Made by a program: the position numbers and the translations under genes. Below are positions 1-12,218 of a stretch of DNA of 64,000 nt, piece after piece. This DNA is from Tubiluchus corallicola. Its lineage: Eukaryota > Animalia > Priapulida. Within the stretch, counting starts at the first letter, position 1. The number at the start of each line of letters is the position of its first letter. The notes under the pieces were generated by a model. That model was not told the origin of the DNA. It did not search any database and was given only the letters and a program-made list of their open reading frames with translations. Location of the stretch: positions 46,100-110,099 of the forward strand of contig JAQGDQ010000701.1 of assembly GCA_030141605.1 (NCBI GenBank), written 5' to 3'.

Positions 1-1556
1 ATCTACAAATTTGTCTATATGATGACATGATGGTGATTTATGAAATACTGTGAATTTTAATACTTTTTGATAGTTTTCGCTACTTTTTTGCCATGTAAGT
101 TTCCATACGAGTGGTATATTTTTATAGTGTAGACACGTATATTATGAGTCTAAAGTGTTATGCTTTTTTTATAATCTCCAATTATTGATGAAGTCAATTT
201 TGATGACTTAGTCAAACAAAAAGTGTTAACTTAATAAACTAGTCTTAAACTACTCACTTATATTTGCACAATGCACAACAATACTTTCTGCAGACCTACA
301 ATGAACATGATACGATTTTTTTTACAGTTTTGGAATAGGAAATGTGTCACACTCACGTTAGTTTACATATAAGTGCAACTGAGCTGTGGGACAATTAAAA
401 AGCAGGGAGATTAACCCACCTCGTGAAAGTAAAAAAACTTGATTGAAAATGGAAATTCATGAAGTGATAAAGAAAAAATAACGATTTCATTTCGAAGTGA
501 AATGATGCAACGAACGAACCTCATAAATGGGACGAAATAAAATACAAGAAAGACTATTACTTGTAAAAATAATTCTTGCAATATTAGGCATTTGCAAACA
601 CAAACTTAGGCACCTGGGTTGTTATATCACTATTGTAAGTATGCACACTGTTAGAAACTTATGATCCTCACTGGTATTTACGCAAAATTTGATTCCTTAA
701 CAGTTTTTTTTAAATCTAGTAATTAGGGAATGACTAGGGAGTATTATAAATTGATAAATCTCTTGTGAGACTAATTCTTTAATACTATCTATCTCTAACA
801 CTATTTATACATTTATACAAATAGTAAATAAATACTATTTCCTAAAAATAAGCCAATCAGTAATAGATGGCCTAAAACGTCAAAAATCCACAGCACTCAC
901 AGTTGAGACACGCTCAATTATACAGTTTTAAAAAAACCATATCACCTTTATGCAAGCTCAAGTTACTGAGTTACAACACCAATGGTGTAAGCATTACACA
1001 CGCATTCTAGTACACGACCCCTAGGGCAGCGAGCAAACATAATGTCAACATTTGAACTTTGGTATTGCTTGTGAACTAACCAAGGCTTCGTTACTCCCTA
1101 GTTGACCTTTAACCAGCGTGTAGGTATAGCTACAGCAGTTCAGTGCAAACGCCAGCCAGCCTGCCAAGTCTTTCTATATTAACCTTCGCACAAATCAATA
1201 CGGTGACCTCCAACAACCGCTCTGACATTTCCTCTAGCTGGAAAACTCAATGGCAGGGTCAATGTATTGTACTGGCTCGTGTTAGCTGAGCTGTTACAAA
1301 ATGGTGAAGTGTCAATTGGCTAGCTTAGGGTGTTCTTTCAGGCTTTCTGAGCCAAGTTTTTGTTGAAAATGCAGTGTAGAAATTTATAATGCAAAGCTAT
1401 GACTGCACATTACATTGCTAGCAATTTAAACTGCAATCATATTTACAAAACTAAGTGAGTCAGTTAGTGAATCAGTCAGTAAACCACAACCACTTCTCTA
1501 AACTTTGTAACTCATTGTTATATACTATCTATGATTGTTATTTTGAAGGCAAAAAA

Positions 1557-1778
1557 ATTATTATTATTATTATTATTATGCCATGCATCACGATTACAAC
1601 ACTTGCTTAACACTCAGCAGAATTTATATATTTTTTTATAAAAAGATCAACACACAATTCTGTAAAAGCACCAAAGCAATATTAAATTAGAAAATCTGAG
1701 AAATTTTGTACCTCAACTGGGACTCGAACCCAAGGCCTACTTTGCGGCCAATTATGCAAACCATTACACTATGGAGGC
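1557..1778 (-). mobile_element. tRNA-derived SINE-like element
   Basis: Reverse strand 1778-1711 reads GCCTCCATAGTGTAATGG...CTTGGGTTCGAGTCCCAGTTGAGG, with an A-box, B-box, T-arm and acceptor pairing but a degenerate anticodon arm. About 130 bp of body follow, then a (TAA)n tail at 1557-1579. Confidence 0.6.
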
Positions 1779-2339
1779 ACTCCGGTTTTTCAGAAATTTA
1801 CGCTATAAGCCCCCACAGGTCTATCAAGGACGAATTGTAGATATACCACAAGCATGACCTTGAAAAGGATGACCTTAAAGAAGGGATACAGTATACTTGG
1901 ATAAGTAGACCAGTTGAGAATGAGATTTTTGTCCATCAATATTCTATTATCAATTGCACAAGAAAAACAGCGGTTATAGTGAATTTCACATAGAAGCAGC
2001 TCAAGGAAAAGTTAGAAGACTACAGCACATGTCTAGAAACCTTCACATGAATATCAAGAAAAGGATGAACATTTAATACGAATGGTGCAAAGAAGCTACG
2101 AAGTGGCAACCCAACCTGACCACAAATGATTTTATACAAGGTAGACTCTGTACATACATACATCTAACATCTAACAGCAAAACTGCAGTACTGCATATGG
2201 GGAACAGCTTTTCAATGCAATGATTTCAGTTTCAGTAGGTTGCTATACCCAAGTTCTAATTTGAGTTATAATTATTTGATGAAGAGTTACATCACATAAC
2301 TAGCTTATACTTGCACTGCTGCATCAACATCTTTTCTCT

Positions 2340-2700
2340 ATACAGGCTAAAAAACTGTTATTTGTAACAAGTGGTGCAAGCAGTACTGTGGTAACTTAAA
2401 ACTTATAGAAAAGCATGTTCACGTTCAGACAATTTTCACTGACAATTTCAGACAAAAGAGCCGCTTTTAATTTCAGTTTGTTATTCTGGTTTCTGTACAG
2501 ACTAAAACATTATTATTTGTAGCAAATGTGGTAACTTAAAGCTTATAAAAAAATACGTTCACTTTCAGACAATTTTCACCGACAATTTCAGACAAAAGAG
2601 CCACTTTTAATTTCAGTTAGTTATTCTGGTTTCTGTTCAGACTAAAAAAGTATTATTTGTAGCAAGTAGTACAAGCAGTACTAGTTGCAACAATGCCACT
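2340..2700. repeat. Local tandem duplication, unit about 140 bp, about 2.3 copies
   Basis: GTGGTAACTTAAA..CAGACAATTTTCAC..GACAATTTCAGACAAAAGAGCC..TTATTCTGGTTTCTGT..CAGACTAAAA occurs twice in tandem. Confidence 0.8.
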
Positions 2701-4746
2701 TATAAAAAGTATGTTTAGTTTTTCAGTCCTTTTTAATTTCACTTAAAAAATTATAGAAACACATAAATAGTCTAGTTAATAATTATATAAAAGTTATATA
2801 GCACAGTGTATAATAATTATGTAAAACGTGAACAAACACTCAAACAATTTTAAATTCTGCTTATAAAAAATGCACTGTGCAAATTTAAAATTAGTACCTA
2901 CACAAAACTTATGGAAAATCATTATAATGTATGCAAAACAAAATAAAAAGAACTTAGCCGACCTGTCAGCAAATTTTGCCAGGTAGCAAATGATACAAAG
3001 AGCATTTACAATAGCTAGTCCAACTGTTAGCGACCTTGCCACCAAATTAATGTACACGATGCGACCCCTGTGCTATAAAGACAGGTCATGAATGTGAGTT
3101 TAGCCTGAACCTGTTTCTGAGGTGAGGCACAGAGCACGCAGCAATTCAACATTTAAATACATTCATCACATACAGTGCATTAGTATAAATAAAATTTAAA
3201 TTACATCTCAAAGGTAACATGATGTGGTTAAAAGCTGTTCAGAAGTTACATTACTTAAGAAAAGCAAAACATACACGAAACCCGAGAATTAAATCAGAAA
3301 CAATTAAATTTAAAAATTTACGAGGTAATAAAAACGTTCTAGGTTTTCATTCAGTTATTTGCTAAACGATCTGCAATGTAACATATATGAACACTGGCAT
3401 TAAAATCTCACGTTCTACTTGAATAGCCATAACTAATTTTAGTTTTAGATGTGACTGTGGAGAATTTTATAGGAGAAACTGATTTCTTTACAATATGACC
3501 AACATGTAAGCCGCATCAATGTCTGCATGATGTGCAGACATTTTGACTACATGTTACATTACAACACGTGTTGTAAGACACTGACAATTTCGGTACCGGA
3601 CTCATTTCGAATATCCTATAATTACTACAGATCCCTGCCGGAAATTTAGGTTTAATATGCGGCACAAGAATACGTGATATATTTGATAAATATATTATCA
3701 GACAAAATAGCTAAAGTCATCAAACTTTATATTTAGTTCTGAGTGAATCCATGTAGTTTAAATTGCCGAGGCAATTCATTATGTTTGCTTATTGTCTTAC
3801 TTATTTAAATAATTGAAAATGGAACGTAAAATCATCGGCCGTGTTCTCTGCTTGCTTACCGTGTATAAGGTACAGTCTACAGTGACAATAACAGCATCTT
3901 GTCACCGCCATTCTTATCTAAAACGTTTTGATTGTAGGTAGCAACTTGGGCTCCCTGCAATGTGGACGCAAAAATTTGAATATTTTCTGGAAAAGTTTCT
4001 GTTTTTGTGCTGCTATTGTGCACACTAAATATGTTGTTTTGTATACTATAATACAAAAATTAGAATTTCACTATTACCCCATACAGAACAGAGTTACACT
4101 AGTTTGCAAATTTGAATACGGAATAATTTCAAGTCACCATACTAATTTACGTTCATGTAGGTAATGTAACACAGTTATTAAAATGGCTACAATTCTTTAA
4201 ACAGTCTCAATTCTTGTTGTACTTGACCAATTTTCAAAACACAACTCGGTCTTCATACCAGCCTTCATTTTTATTTCGGTTCGGCCATCAGTTCGGCTTC
4301 TAACAAAAATTCGGTTTCTGTATCAGTTTTAAATTTCTGCTTCCGTAACGAACCCTGATCACAACCTAAACTAATTTTGAATAGTATGAATATTTAACTG
4401 ATAAATTTAATGGCAACCAATAACAATGGAAATTATAAAATTGTCCACTGTGATTCTATATGGTGTTTGTGAGGCAGACGCATATTAAAAGATTTGCAAC
4501 ATAACCTTAGAAGAAACACATGGTCTTCCAAAAATTTTAAGTATTTTAAAAGTACTACATCACGACATCACTTCAGGTTTCAAGTTCAAAGCACAACAAG
4601 AATTTTGGTCAACACGAAATTGAAACATATTTACTTAGGAAAGAAGTAACTTATAATTTTTGTGCATGCAGTTTATTTTCAATTTTTGCTGTTCATGTAT
4701 TAGATAATTCACGTTTTCCGAAATTTCCATTTTACAGAGAGAGAAG

Positions 4747-5290
4747 CAGAGGCGGCCCATAGCTAAAATTAGTTGGTGTGCTGCTCCAGAAAATGTTTGA
4801 CCATTGTTTCAGTACTGTGTAAAACGAAACAAATATATGTAATTTTAATGTTGTAATTTGTAATAATTATTGTAATTTTAAACAAACAAACATACAAAAA
4901 TTTATACAAAAACTTGATAAAATCCTAAACCAAAAAAATTTTGCTTACGAATACCCTAAATTGCCACAGGTCAAGAATATGCTGGTACACGGTTTTTAAG
5001 CACGTGACAACTGACAACAAACTGTGTGAGCGACAGTACTTTCTCTACCTAGCAGCAGATGCTAGCAGTGCAGCATACAGCATGTTATCTTACACATGTG
5101 CACATGGCCACAACAGCACAACAGCCAAACACACCACTGTGCTTGGCTGTGAAGCAAACAGTTCCACCCTCACAAATTCCGGTTCCTTAGAACCAAAGAA
5201 AACAGACTTTTATATTGAATATTACCGATAACATTGAGTGAAAATAGGGAGTGCTGCGGTTCTACAGTACCTATACACGAGCCCCCACCG
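4747..5290. mobile_element. Non-autonomous hAT-type element, family A
   Basis: Termini CAGAGGCGGCCC...GAGCCCCCACCG with a perfect 8-bp target-site duplication (TSD) GAGAGAAG at 4739-4746 and 5291-5298. Internal sequence is shared with the copies at 10719, 36393 and 55231. Confidence 0.85.
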
Positions 5291-5866
5291 GAGAGAAGCT
5301 TCAAGCTTCATGGCCCTGACAGTAAGGAAAAATTCTGGCCGTTCATGTTCTATAATAGTTATTATAAATTCATGTAACTAATGAATTTCCAACAATTATG
5401 TCACATTGCACATAAAGCGGCAACATGCAAACGAATAAACAAGGTCCCTAATAAAAAATGAAACTAAAATTAAATAGGATTAAGACTTTTTTGGTAGAAA
5501 ATAATTAATTACATGGCAAATCTATAACAATATTAACAATGGGCACCATCTTCCATGTACAACAAAATTGTCACTGGCACAGCATCTCAGGTGCAGCTAC
5601 CATACAATTAAAAATAATTTGTAAAATCAAAGTTAAATACACAAATATATCATACTGATACTGCTTTTAAAAAGGAGTACCCAAGTGAACTATTAACCTG
5701 TGGACAAGCCCAACCTGTCAGTCAGAATACCTCAGTACAGCTCAGTAACGATTATGTGGCTTTAAAAAATTATTAAGTGGTTCTAAAAACTCGAAATATA
5801 GTCAGAAATTTACTAAAGCAAGTTTTTAACAATTCTTAACTTTTTATGACATATTTAAAAACTTAC

Positions 5867-6050
5867 CAAAATAATTATCCGAACACAAGCTACCTAAGCA
5901 TCGAAAACAACGTTGTCTCCTCCGTTCCTCACAACAAAGGTCACAGTTCACGACCTTTGGTAAATGACGTCATACAAGCGGCGACCATGATTGGACAAGA
6001 ATGAGGTCATGCTGAGATTGGTTCAGTGCAGACGAACGAATTATTGGCTT
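5867..6050 (-). promoter_or_regulatory. Probable promoter and non-coding first exon of a leftward gene whose coding part was not identified
   Basis: Strong minus-strand donor TTTG|GTAAGT at 5867/5866, palindromic CRE TGACGTCA at 5965-5972, three CCAAT boxes (ATTGG at 5990, 6017, 6043) and local CpG enrichment. Confidence 0.5.
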
Positions 6051-7099
6051 TGGAAAGCTAAATTTAAAGCAATATTAAATTGTTGTGCTCTCAAATACTT
6101 AATGTACATACATTTTTTCGATTGTCACTTTGCACTTTTTTAAACAACACCAGTTTACGGAACGCTGCTCGCAGATCTTGTTTGTTACTGCGCAAATCAG
6201 CAACGTTATAGATGCATCCAAAGTGATCGTGCCTGGCTGCAGGGCTGCATGCTTATAATAGTGACCGAAATTAAGCATCTTTGGGCTTGCTAAAGGAAAA
6301 GCCAAGCCTCTTGCAAAGTTTGGCTGATTTCAATGTTCGCAGAAAATGTTAGAAGGATATAGTTAGTAAAAAGTGTGATAATTAAGCATCCTGTGTAATT
6401 AGTAAAATCACTTTAAAGTCACAATCAGTTCACGCTTGGGTGCTCCCATTTTGAACGCCCATTCTTCCTCCAATGACGTCGTTCGAAGACCAAAGAAAAG
6501 CAGCACACTGCCAATTTCTGTTGAAAGCAAAATAAGTTTTTACAAAAAATTAAATAAACAATTAAGTTTTGTAATAATTGTTTTGCATGAATATTAAGGA
6601 AGTGGCACAAGTTTGAAATAGCTAACCAGCACACATTTACGGAAAGCCATAATGCGCTTGCCAAAAGTCACAGAGCCCACCAGTTATGTCATAATTTTCA
6701 TGTGAACAGCGGTTATTACCACGATTTAAAGTTTCTATACAGGGGTAGTATAAATTAACTTTGTGCTTTATAGACGTCGTTTTTGCAAATTTCTTTGTCA
6801 TAGTTTTCTATGTTTAGGTGATAACAGTAAAATAAACCCAACAAGCTAAGCGCCTTGTCCTTTCCTTTATTAAATGAATGGATGCTCACAGCGATTTTAA
6901 CATGGCGAAGGAAACAGCTTTTGTTGGTCAAAGGAAGAAGCAACACGCAAACAACATTTATTGCACTTTAATGTACAATTAAAAATAATGAAAACACGAT
7001 ACAAAATATGCGCATAGAATGCTTTGTTAAAAATGAAAACAAATTTAATTATTTCTTATGTCCTGCCAAACGAACGTTGATACCGCCATATATTTCAAA

Positions 7100-7307
7100 A
7101 GAATGACGTAAGCTGGTGTATGCTGGGCAGCGTGAATGCTGTGAAGGCAAGCTGTGTGAATGTACGCGTTGCAAAATTTCTACAGTTGTGTTCTGATGTT
7201 GTGTTTAACTGTGTTTATTTAGAAATTAGTCATTCGATCAATTATGATCAAATTTAAAGTTGTTACATTGCTTTAATCTACAGCATTACACCTTAAAATG
7301 GGTAAGT
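7100..7307 (+). promoter_or_regulatory. Probable first exon of a rightward transcript, ending AAAATGG|GTAAGT
   Basis: Consensus donor at 7302-7307 directly after an ATG (7298) in strong Kozak context. A CRE-like TGACGTAA lies at about 7104. Confidence 0.45.
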
Positions 7308-8657
7308 AATTAACATTAATTGTGTACAGATTTTTCTCAACTTTTAGATGCGCATATAAACTTGCCAGCACGTTTACAGAATTTGCTCTATAAGTGTTTA
7401 TATTGCACGGAAACTGGATGATGCCATTTTTCATCTAAAATGAGAGCGCACAAGAATAAAGTAATCACAACTTTAAATTGATTTTACTAACTACACGAGA
7501 TGCTTATCACAATTTTATTGCTGAAATTTTCAATTTTTATCTCATATATTCACATATTAAAATAAGCTCAACTTCACGTGAGACTTGGCGTTTTCTTTAA
7601 TTTGAGAAGCGTCGCATCTAAGAAGATATATCATTGACAGTGCAACATATTAGGTTCCGTTCCTGCCGCCACCATAGGTATAGTAAGAATTGGTCTTGCT
7701 AAAAAGTGCTCAACAATGGCTCACAGTGCTCTGTTTTTATTATTGGAGTAATTAAGCATAATAATTATAAGTAGTAAAACCAAATGTGGCAAGAAAAAGA
7801 CAGCTAAAGTTTTAAATCTTAAATCTTAATAAAGACAGCTAAATGTATATTAGCAAACAGTAAATATTAGTATAAGTGATCGCATCTCTTCAAGCCTGGG
7901 AGACTGGTCTGCTTTATAAACACCCAATATATCTGAAGGTAATGATCCACGTATAGGCCTTGAACCACACAACAATGCTCTACAATTATAATCACATTTT
8001 CGTCAAATTCATTTGGCATCGTAATACGTTCTAGCTAATCGAAGAAGGACTTAATTTGAATAATTTCTTCTAATCCAAAGTTTTTATTTCATTTTATTTT
8101 ATATTCCTGAAAAAATTGTGGCATTAAATTTTTCTATTATGTACGTGCACTTAGCTGACTGTTTCACGAGCATGTGTTATGTTAGAATATTGAATTTTTG
8201 CAATTGTTAATACTGTAACTATAATTGTAGTTCTACAGTCCTGACTCCACACAATTATACAGAAATATCGAAAAGAGATGCCAAAAAAATCGAAAATATT
8301 TTTTTACATCATGATTTAATATAATTTATTTTTTATGCGTTTTTATGGCATAATAAATCTTAATATATTTACAGCAAAATTTAGAGTATATTTTTAGCCT
8401 AATCATTTCCTTAAGTCTCAATTCAAGGACTAACAGTGCGTCAGCACTCATCAGTCATAGATACATTTTTTTGGTATGGGTAACAAACAAACGCAAGAGC
8501 AAATCTCCTAGTGCGTGAAATCCGTGAATGCGCAGTAAAACATGTGGTATTTACATGGTGCAAAAAAAACAGTAATTTTTTGTTATTTCACTAATTTTGT
8601 ATCCTTACTTTAATTAGTAGGCACTAACAAGTTCAGTGACGCAGAAATCTCTTTATA

Positions 8658-9263
8658 ATGAAGCGCGGTGACTTACAAATGTGTATAACAAAAAAGGATG
8701 GCGGAAAGATACAGCTGACATATCCTGGTCCTCGAAGTGAAAGTGCCCTGGGTAACGGGAGTGGTGATTCCAATACGCATAGTATTTGCAGTAATTATTA
8801 CAAACTACTAATTAACTCCTGTCGCGAATTGCAAGAGAAATCTAACCAAATCGTTACAGAAATAGTTGACGACGAAAAAAGCAAAAGCAGTGCGGCTCAC
8901 GTTTTTCCAGGCAGCGTGGAATCAGAATTCAGTGAATCGTCTGATGAAGGTACTGCAACCAAGCAAATCTCCTTCTGACTGCTAATTGTTGTCATGTTAG
9001 ATACACAAAATAAGTTTTCTTGTAGCTCTTTCTCTTTGTAAGTGTACAGTTTGTTCCTCTCATATTTTGTTTGTGACTGTGCGATGAATTATAAACTCAA
9101 AAAATTAAAAAATGCTAGCACTTATTATTGTTTATTGCACTTATTTTGTCTCTCTTCCATCTGATGATTATGGCAGCTCAAAGAATTATCAATTTTTCTG
9201 TTGCTTTTAGGTTCAGAAGAAGATGTGAAGACACAGCCGCAACTGAAAAAGCAAAAATCTTGA
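8658..9263 (+). CDS. GON7: GON7-like (C14orf142/DUF4611) KEOPS complex subunit, 114 aa; exons 8658-8949 and 9211-9263
   Basis: Spliced product MKRGDLQMCITKKDGGKIQLTY...YYKLLINSCRELQEKSNQIVTEIVDDEK...ESEFSESSDEG|SEEDVKTQPQLKKQKS. It has the layout of metazoan GON7: an N-terminal xxDG hairpin, an amphipathic helix ending (L/V)TE(L/I)VxxEK, an acidic tract and a C-terminal PxxKKxK. The GT-AG intron is phase 1 and frame-consistent. Family assignment is by recognition only. Confidence 0.65.
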
Positions 9264-9359
9264 AATAGACAAAATTATCCTCTGTTAGCTGTTATTCTAG
9301 ACTACTTAAAGTATGACCTATTTATTACATACAATGACTATGTGTCGTATGATGTAACT

Positions 9360-9747
9360 CAATAAGCCTTTTTACAGTTCCAGCGATTGATGATGATCGT
9401 GAAAAGGTCAAAGATTAAGTAGACAACGCCATTGCGTACATCTGACAAACCATCGTAGACCTTACTATTGTAATAGTAACATGTTTTAACAAAGTCGCTA
9501 GAACCTTACATGGTTCATTTTTCTTGTTCCCAAGCAAGATCCTGCTAGTAAATCACTCTATGCACAGACTAATGCATAAATAAGTAAAGTCCACGTAAAA
9601 CAACTGAAGTTCCTGAACTGGTGATGTGGACGACTTTGCTTTACTCGCATGTCACATGACGGCTGCAGTTAAGTGTTGCTGTGGTATCTACACTTTGACC
9701 TGCAGTAATTGTGCATACGCACAACGAAACTGTGAAAAGGCTTATTA
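9360..9747. mobile_element. Unclassified MITE (second copy at 59980-60350)
   Basis: Terminal inverted repeats (TIRs) CAATAAGCCTTTTTACAGTTCC / GAAACTGTGAAAAGGCTTATT and an inner inverted AGGTCAAAG / CTTTGACCT. Collinear with 59980-60350. Confidence 0.8.
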
Positions 9748-9819
9748 TTATTAATACTTTATGAAAATGAACATTGTCATGCTTTATTAAAAGCATTGTT
9801 ATATTAACAGCATTTCCAG

Positions 9820-10687
9820 ATGTCAGCATTTAGCAATGAGCCGCCCATTAACTTTTCATGGATAGATGACAAGTTGGCTGCCTGTGCTTTTCCCAGCACA
9901 GTGGGGCAGCTGAAATGGCTGCATTCACAAGGAATTACTCTACTTGTTAACTTGGCCGCTGAAAAGAGGGTGGGCATTGAAGCTTGTCCTGGTCTCACTT
10001 GTATTGACATAAAAATCAGGTAAGGCAATGAATTACTATATTACCTAGCTATATTAATGCAAAACTGGACCCAATCTTAAAATGTATGACAAAACAATCT
10101 ACTCTTTAAATATTCAAAGAGATACTATTTTTTCAAAAATGACGTGAAAGAATTATTACCACACAAACACTATTTTGCGTTCGTGCCACTAGTTTCTCGC
10201 ATTTTACATTTAAGATGAAACGATTTTTTTTTCGAATATGCACACTTCTGAAAAATAGGCCAAGTGTTGCTCTGAGGAATATACCATGACAGAACAGGAA
10301 GCTCACTCTTTCTCCTTTCAGTCTGCAGATCAAGATTTGATTTTCTTATTGACATGAAATGCATTTCAGTTCACTATTCCTTGTGATTGCTACAGTAAAA
10401 AATATTTCAGAAACTTTGGAGTGCCGACGCTGCGTCAAGTCGAGGATTTCTTGCATTTACTGAAGAGGACGACAGAAAAAGGAGATGCCGTAGCCGTGTG
10501 TTGTCTCATGGGACGTGGTCGAACTGGAGTTATGCTTGCCTGTTATCTACTGCACAAAAATCGATGCTCGGCAGAAGAGGCAATACGTACGGTCCGAACT
10601 CTTCGACCTCGATCTATCGATAGTAAGAAACAGGAGGAATTTATGGAACTGTGGGAGAAACACATTTTGTGCAGCAGTAAAGTTTGA
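9820..10687 (+). CDS. DUSP23: DUSP23-like dual-specificity phosphatase, 158 aa; exons 9820-10019 and 10411-10687
   Basis: PPINFSWIDDKLAACAFP N-terminus, CX5R motif VAVCCLMGRGRTGVMLACYL and C-terminal AIRTVRTLRPRSIDSKKQE. The intron AG|GTAAGG...TTTCAG|A is phase 2 and keeps the frame. Confidence 0.9.
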
Positions 10688-10718
10688 AGCAAGAATTTTT
10701 GTATAATCACTGTGCGGT

Positions 10719-11243
10719 CAGTGGCAGCTTGTAGCTAAGATTAGTGGCTGCGCTGCTTTCAGAATATTTTAATATTGTGTGAAAACTTAAACTGTGAAGT
10801 TCGCTTACAGCCACGGAACTTATTTTTTGGAGATGCAACGAGCCCATGATTAAACTATTTAAATTGAAAACTGTGAATTAAATAGGAGGAGGCATTAATT
10901 AAACAGAATAGCTGGAGGTATCATTATCATCTAATTCTACACAATCACATTCAAGAATATAGTACACGGTTTTTAAGAACAGCACACGCTGAGTCGGCAC
11001 TGCGTGAGTGACAGTGCTTTCCCTACGCAGCTTCTTATCTCGGGCATGTGCACATGGCTGCATACACACAACAGCCAAACACCGCACCGCTGGAATTGTG
11101 AAACGCGCAGTTCCGTCACGTGCTGTGATTCCGTACAAGGATTTGCAAGTATAAAGATTGAATTAAAGGAAAAAGATTCGTTATATTGAGTGAAAATAGG
11201 AAGTGTAGCAGTTTCACAGTACCTATAACATGAGCCACCACTG
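10719..11243. mobile_element. hAT-type non-autonomous element, family A, in the DUSP23 3' UTR region
   Basis: Termini CAGTGGCAGCTTGT...ATGAGCCACCACTG. Degenerate 8-bp flanks TGTGCGGT / CGTACGAT. Homologous to 4747-5290. Confidence 0.75.
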
Positions 11244-11769
11244 CGTACGATTCACTCATGTTCATGGGTCTGAAGCAAGCCGTAGCGTGAAGGCTAATGA
11301 TGTATCAGAAACAACTGATAGTCCCTGATTTAGAATTCGGACTTGCATGGAATGTGAGTAAGAAGTAAACTACTGTGCAATGTGAAAAACTACAAGTAAA
11401 ATCAATGTTGAATAGCTGAATGCATAAAAAACAATAGTTATTCTCAAATACTGTATTTTATTTGCAATAATATTCACATCCATGCATCTCCTGTAACAAT
11501 TAACACTTATCAGTTTATACTGCTGGTGATATTACCATATTATGTTTACACATCCCTGATGGGGAAATTATTTGCTTGTATTCTCTTTTGTGGATAGATT
11601 GCTTACTGATTCAACCCATCATGGCATGTGTATACTAGGTTGTTGCATTCTGGGATTACAGCTCACGCGAGCTTGTTTTGTAAGCAGCAACTGATTTTAC
11701 AATAGCTATAATAATGTGTAAGGATGGCTTGTGTGCAGCAGTTTTTTAGCTGGACGAATATTTGATATA

Positions 11770-12218
11770 CAGTCAACCTCAGATATAACAGGGACACTTC
11801 CGGATCGGAAAAAATCCTCCCTTATATCAGATGTCCCTTATAGCCGAAGTTGAGTTAGACCGAGGGTGTATCTAGACCGGTACTTTTACCCATATTTTTA
11901 TGGATTATTGCTACGCATTCAGTGCAAATGGTATGTAGGAAGCTCCTTGAGTGATGCAAGATGTATGTGACCGCAGAAACCGAGTTGTTCGAAGGCCGGG
12001 TTAGCAAGAAATTGAGGTTAAAAATCGATCAATTTCGCTTTGATCATAGGGTTCCTTATATGTGAGGTAATTTACCTGGGTTTCTAAAACGCGGGACCTG
12101 AAGATATCGTCCCTTATATCTGAGTACCTTATATACAAAGATATACAAACGTTACGAAAAACTGGGACCGGCGTTGGAGGTCCCTTATAAGCGAGCACCT
12201 TATACCCAAGGTTGACTG
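11770..12218. mobile_element. pogo/Tigger-like MITE, family B
   Basis: TA|CAGTCAACCTCAGATATAA...TTATACCCAAGGTTGACTG|TA with repeated CCCTTATA subterminal motifs. Six copies occur in the window. Confidence 0.85.

Noticed and set aside
1110-1240. Possible minus-strand exon TTTTCCAG|CTAGAGGAAATG encoding MSERLLEVTVLICAK...
   Set aside because: Stops after 32 codons, no recognisable homology and no convincing donor.
1820-2130. Purine-rich, coding-like stretch (IYHKHDLEKDDLKEGIQYTW...)
   Set aside because: Interrupted by stops in the frames read and not assignable to a family; possibly a decayed transposon.
7877-7938. Open 62-nt segment that could bridge the 7298 ATG in frame to the DUSP23 ATG
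   Set aside because: Its acceptor (TATAAG) has no pyrimidine tract, so it is kept only as an alternative to test.
9385-9610. Box C/D snoRNA-like ATGATGA...CTGA motifs (also at 60010)
   Set aside because: They lie inside a TIR-bounded dispersed element, the CTGA position is not conserved between copies and there is no terminal stem.
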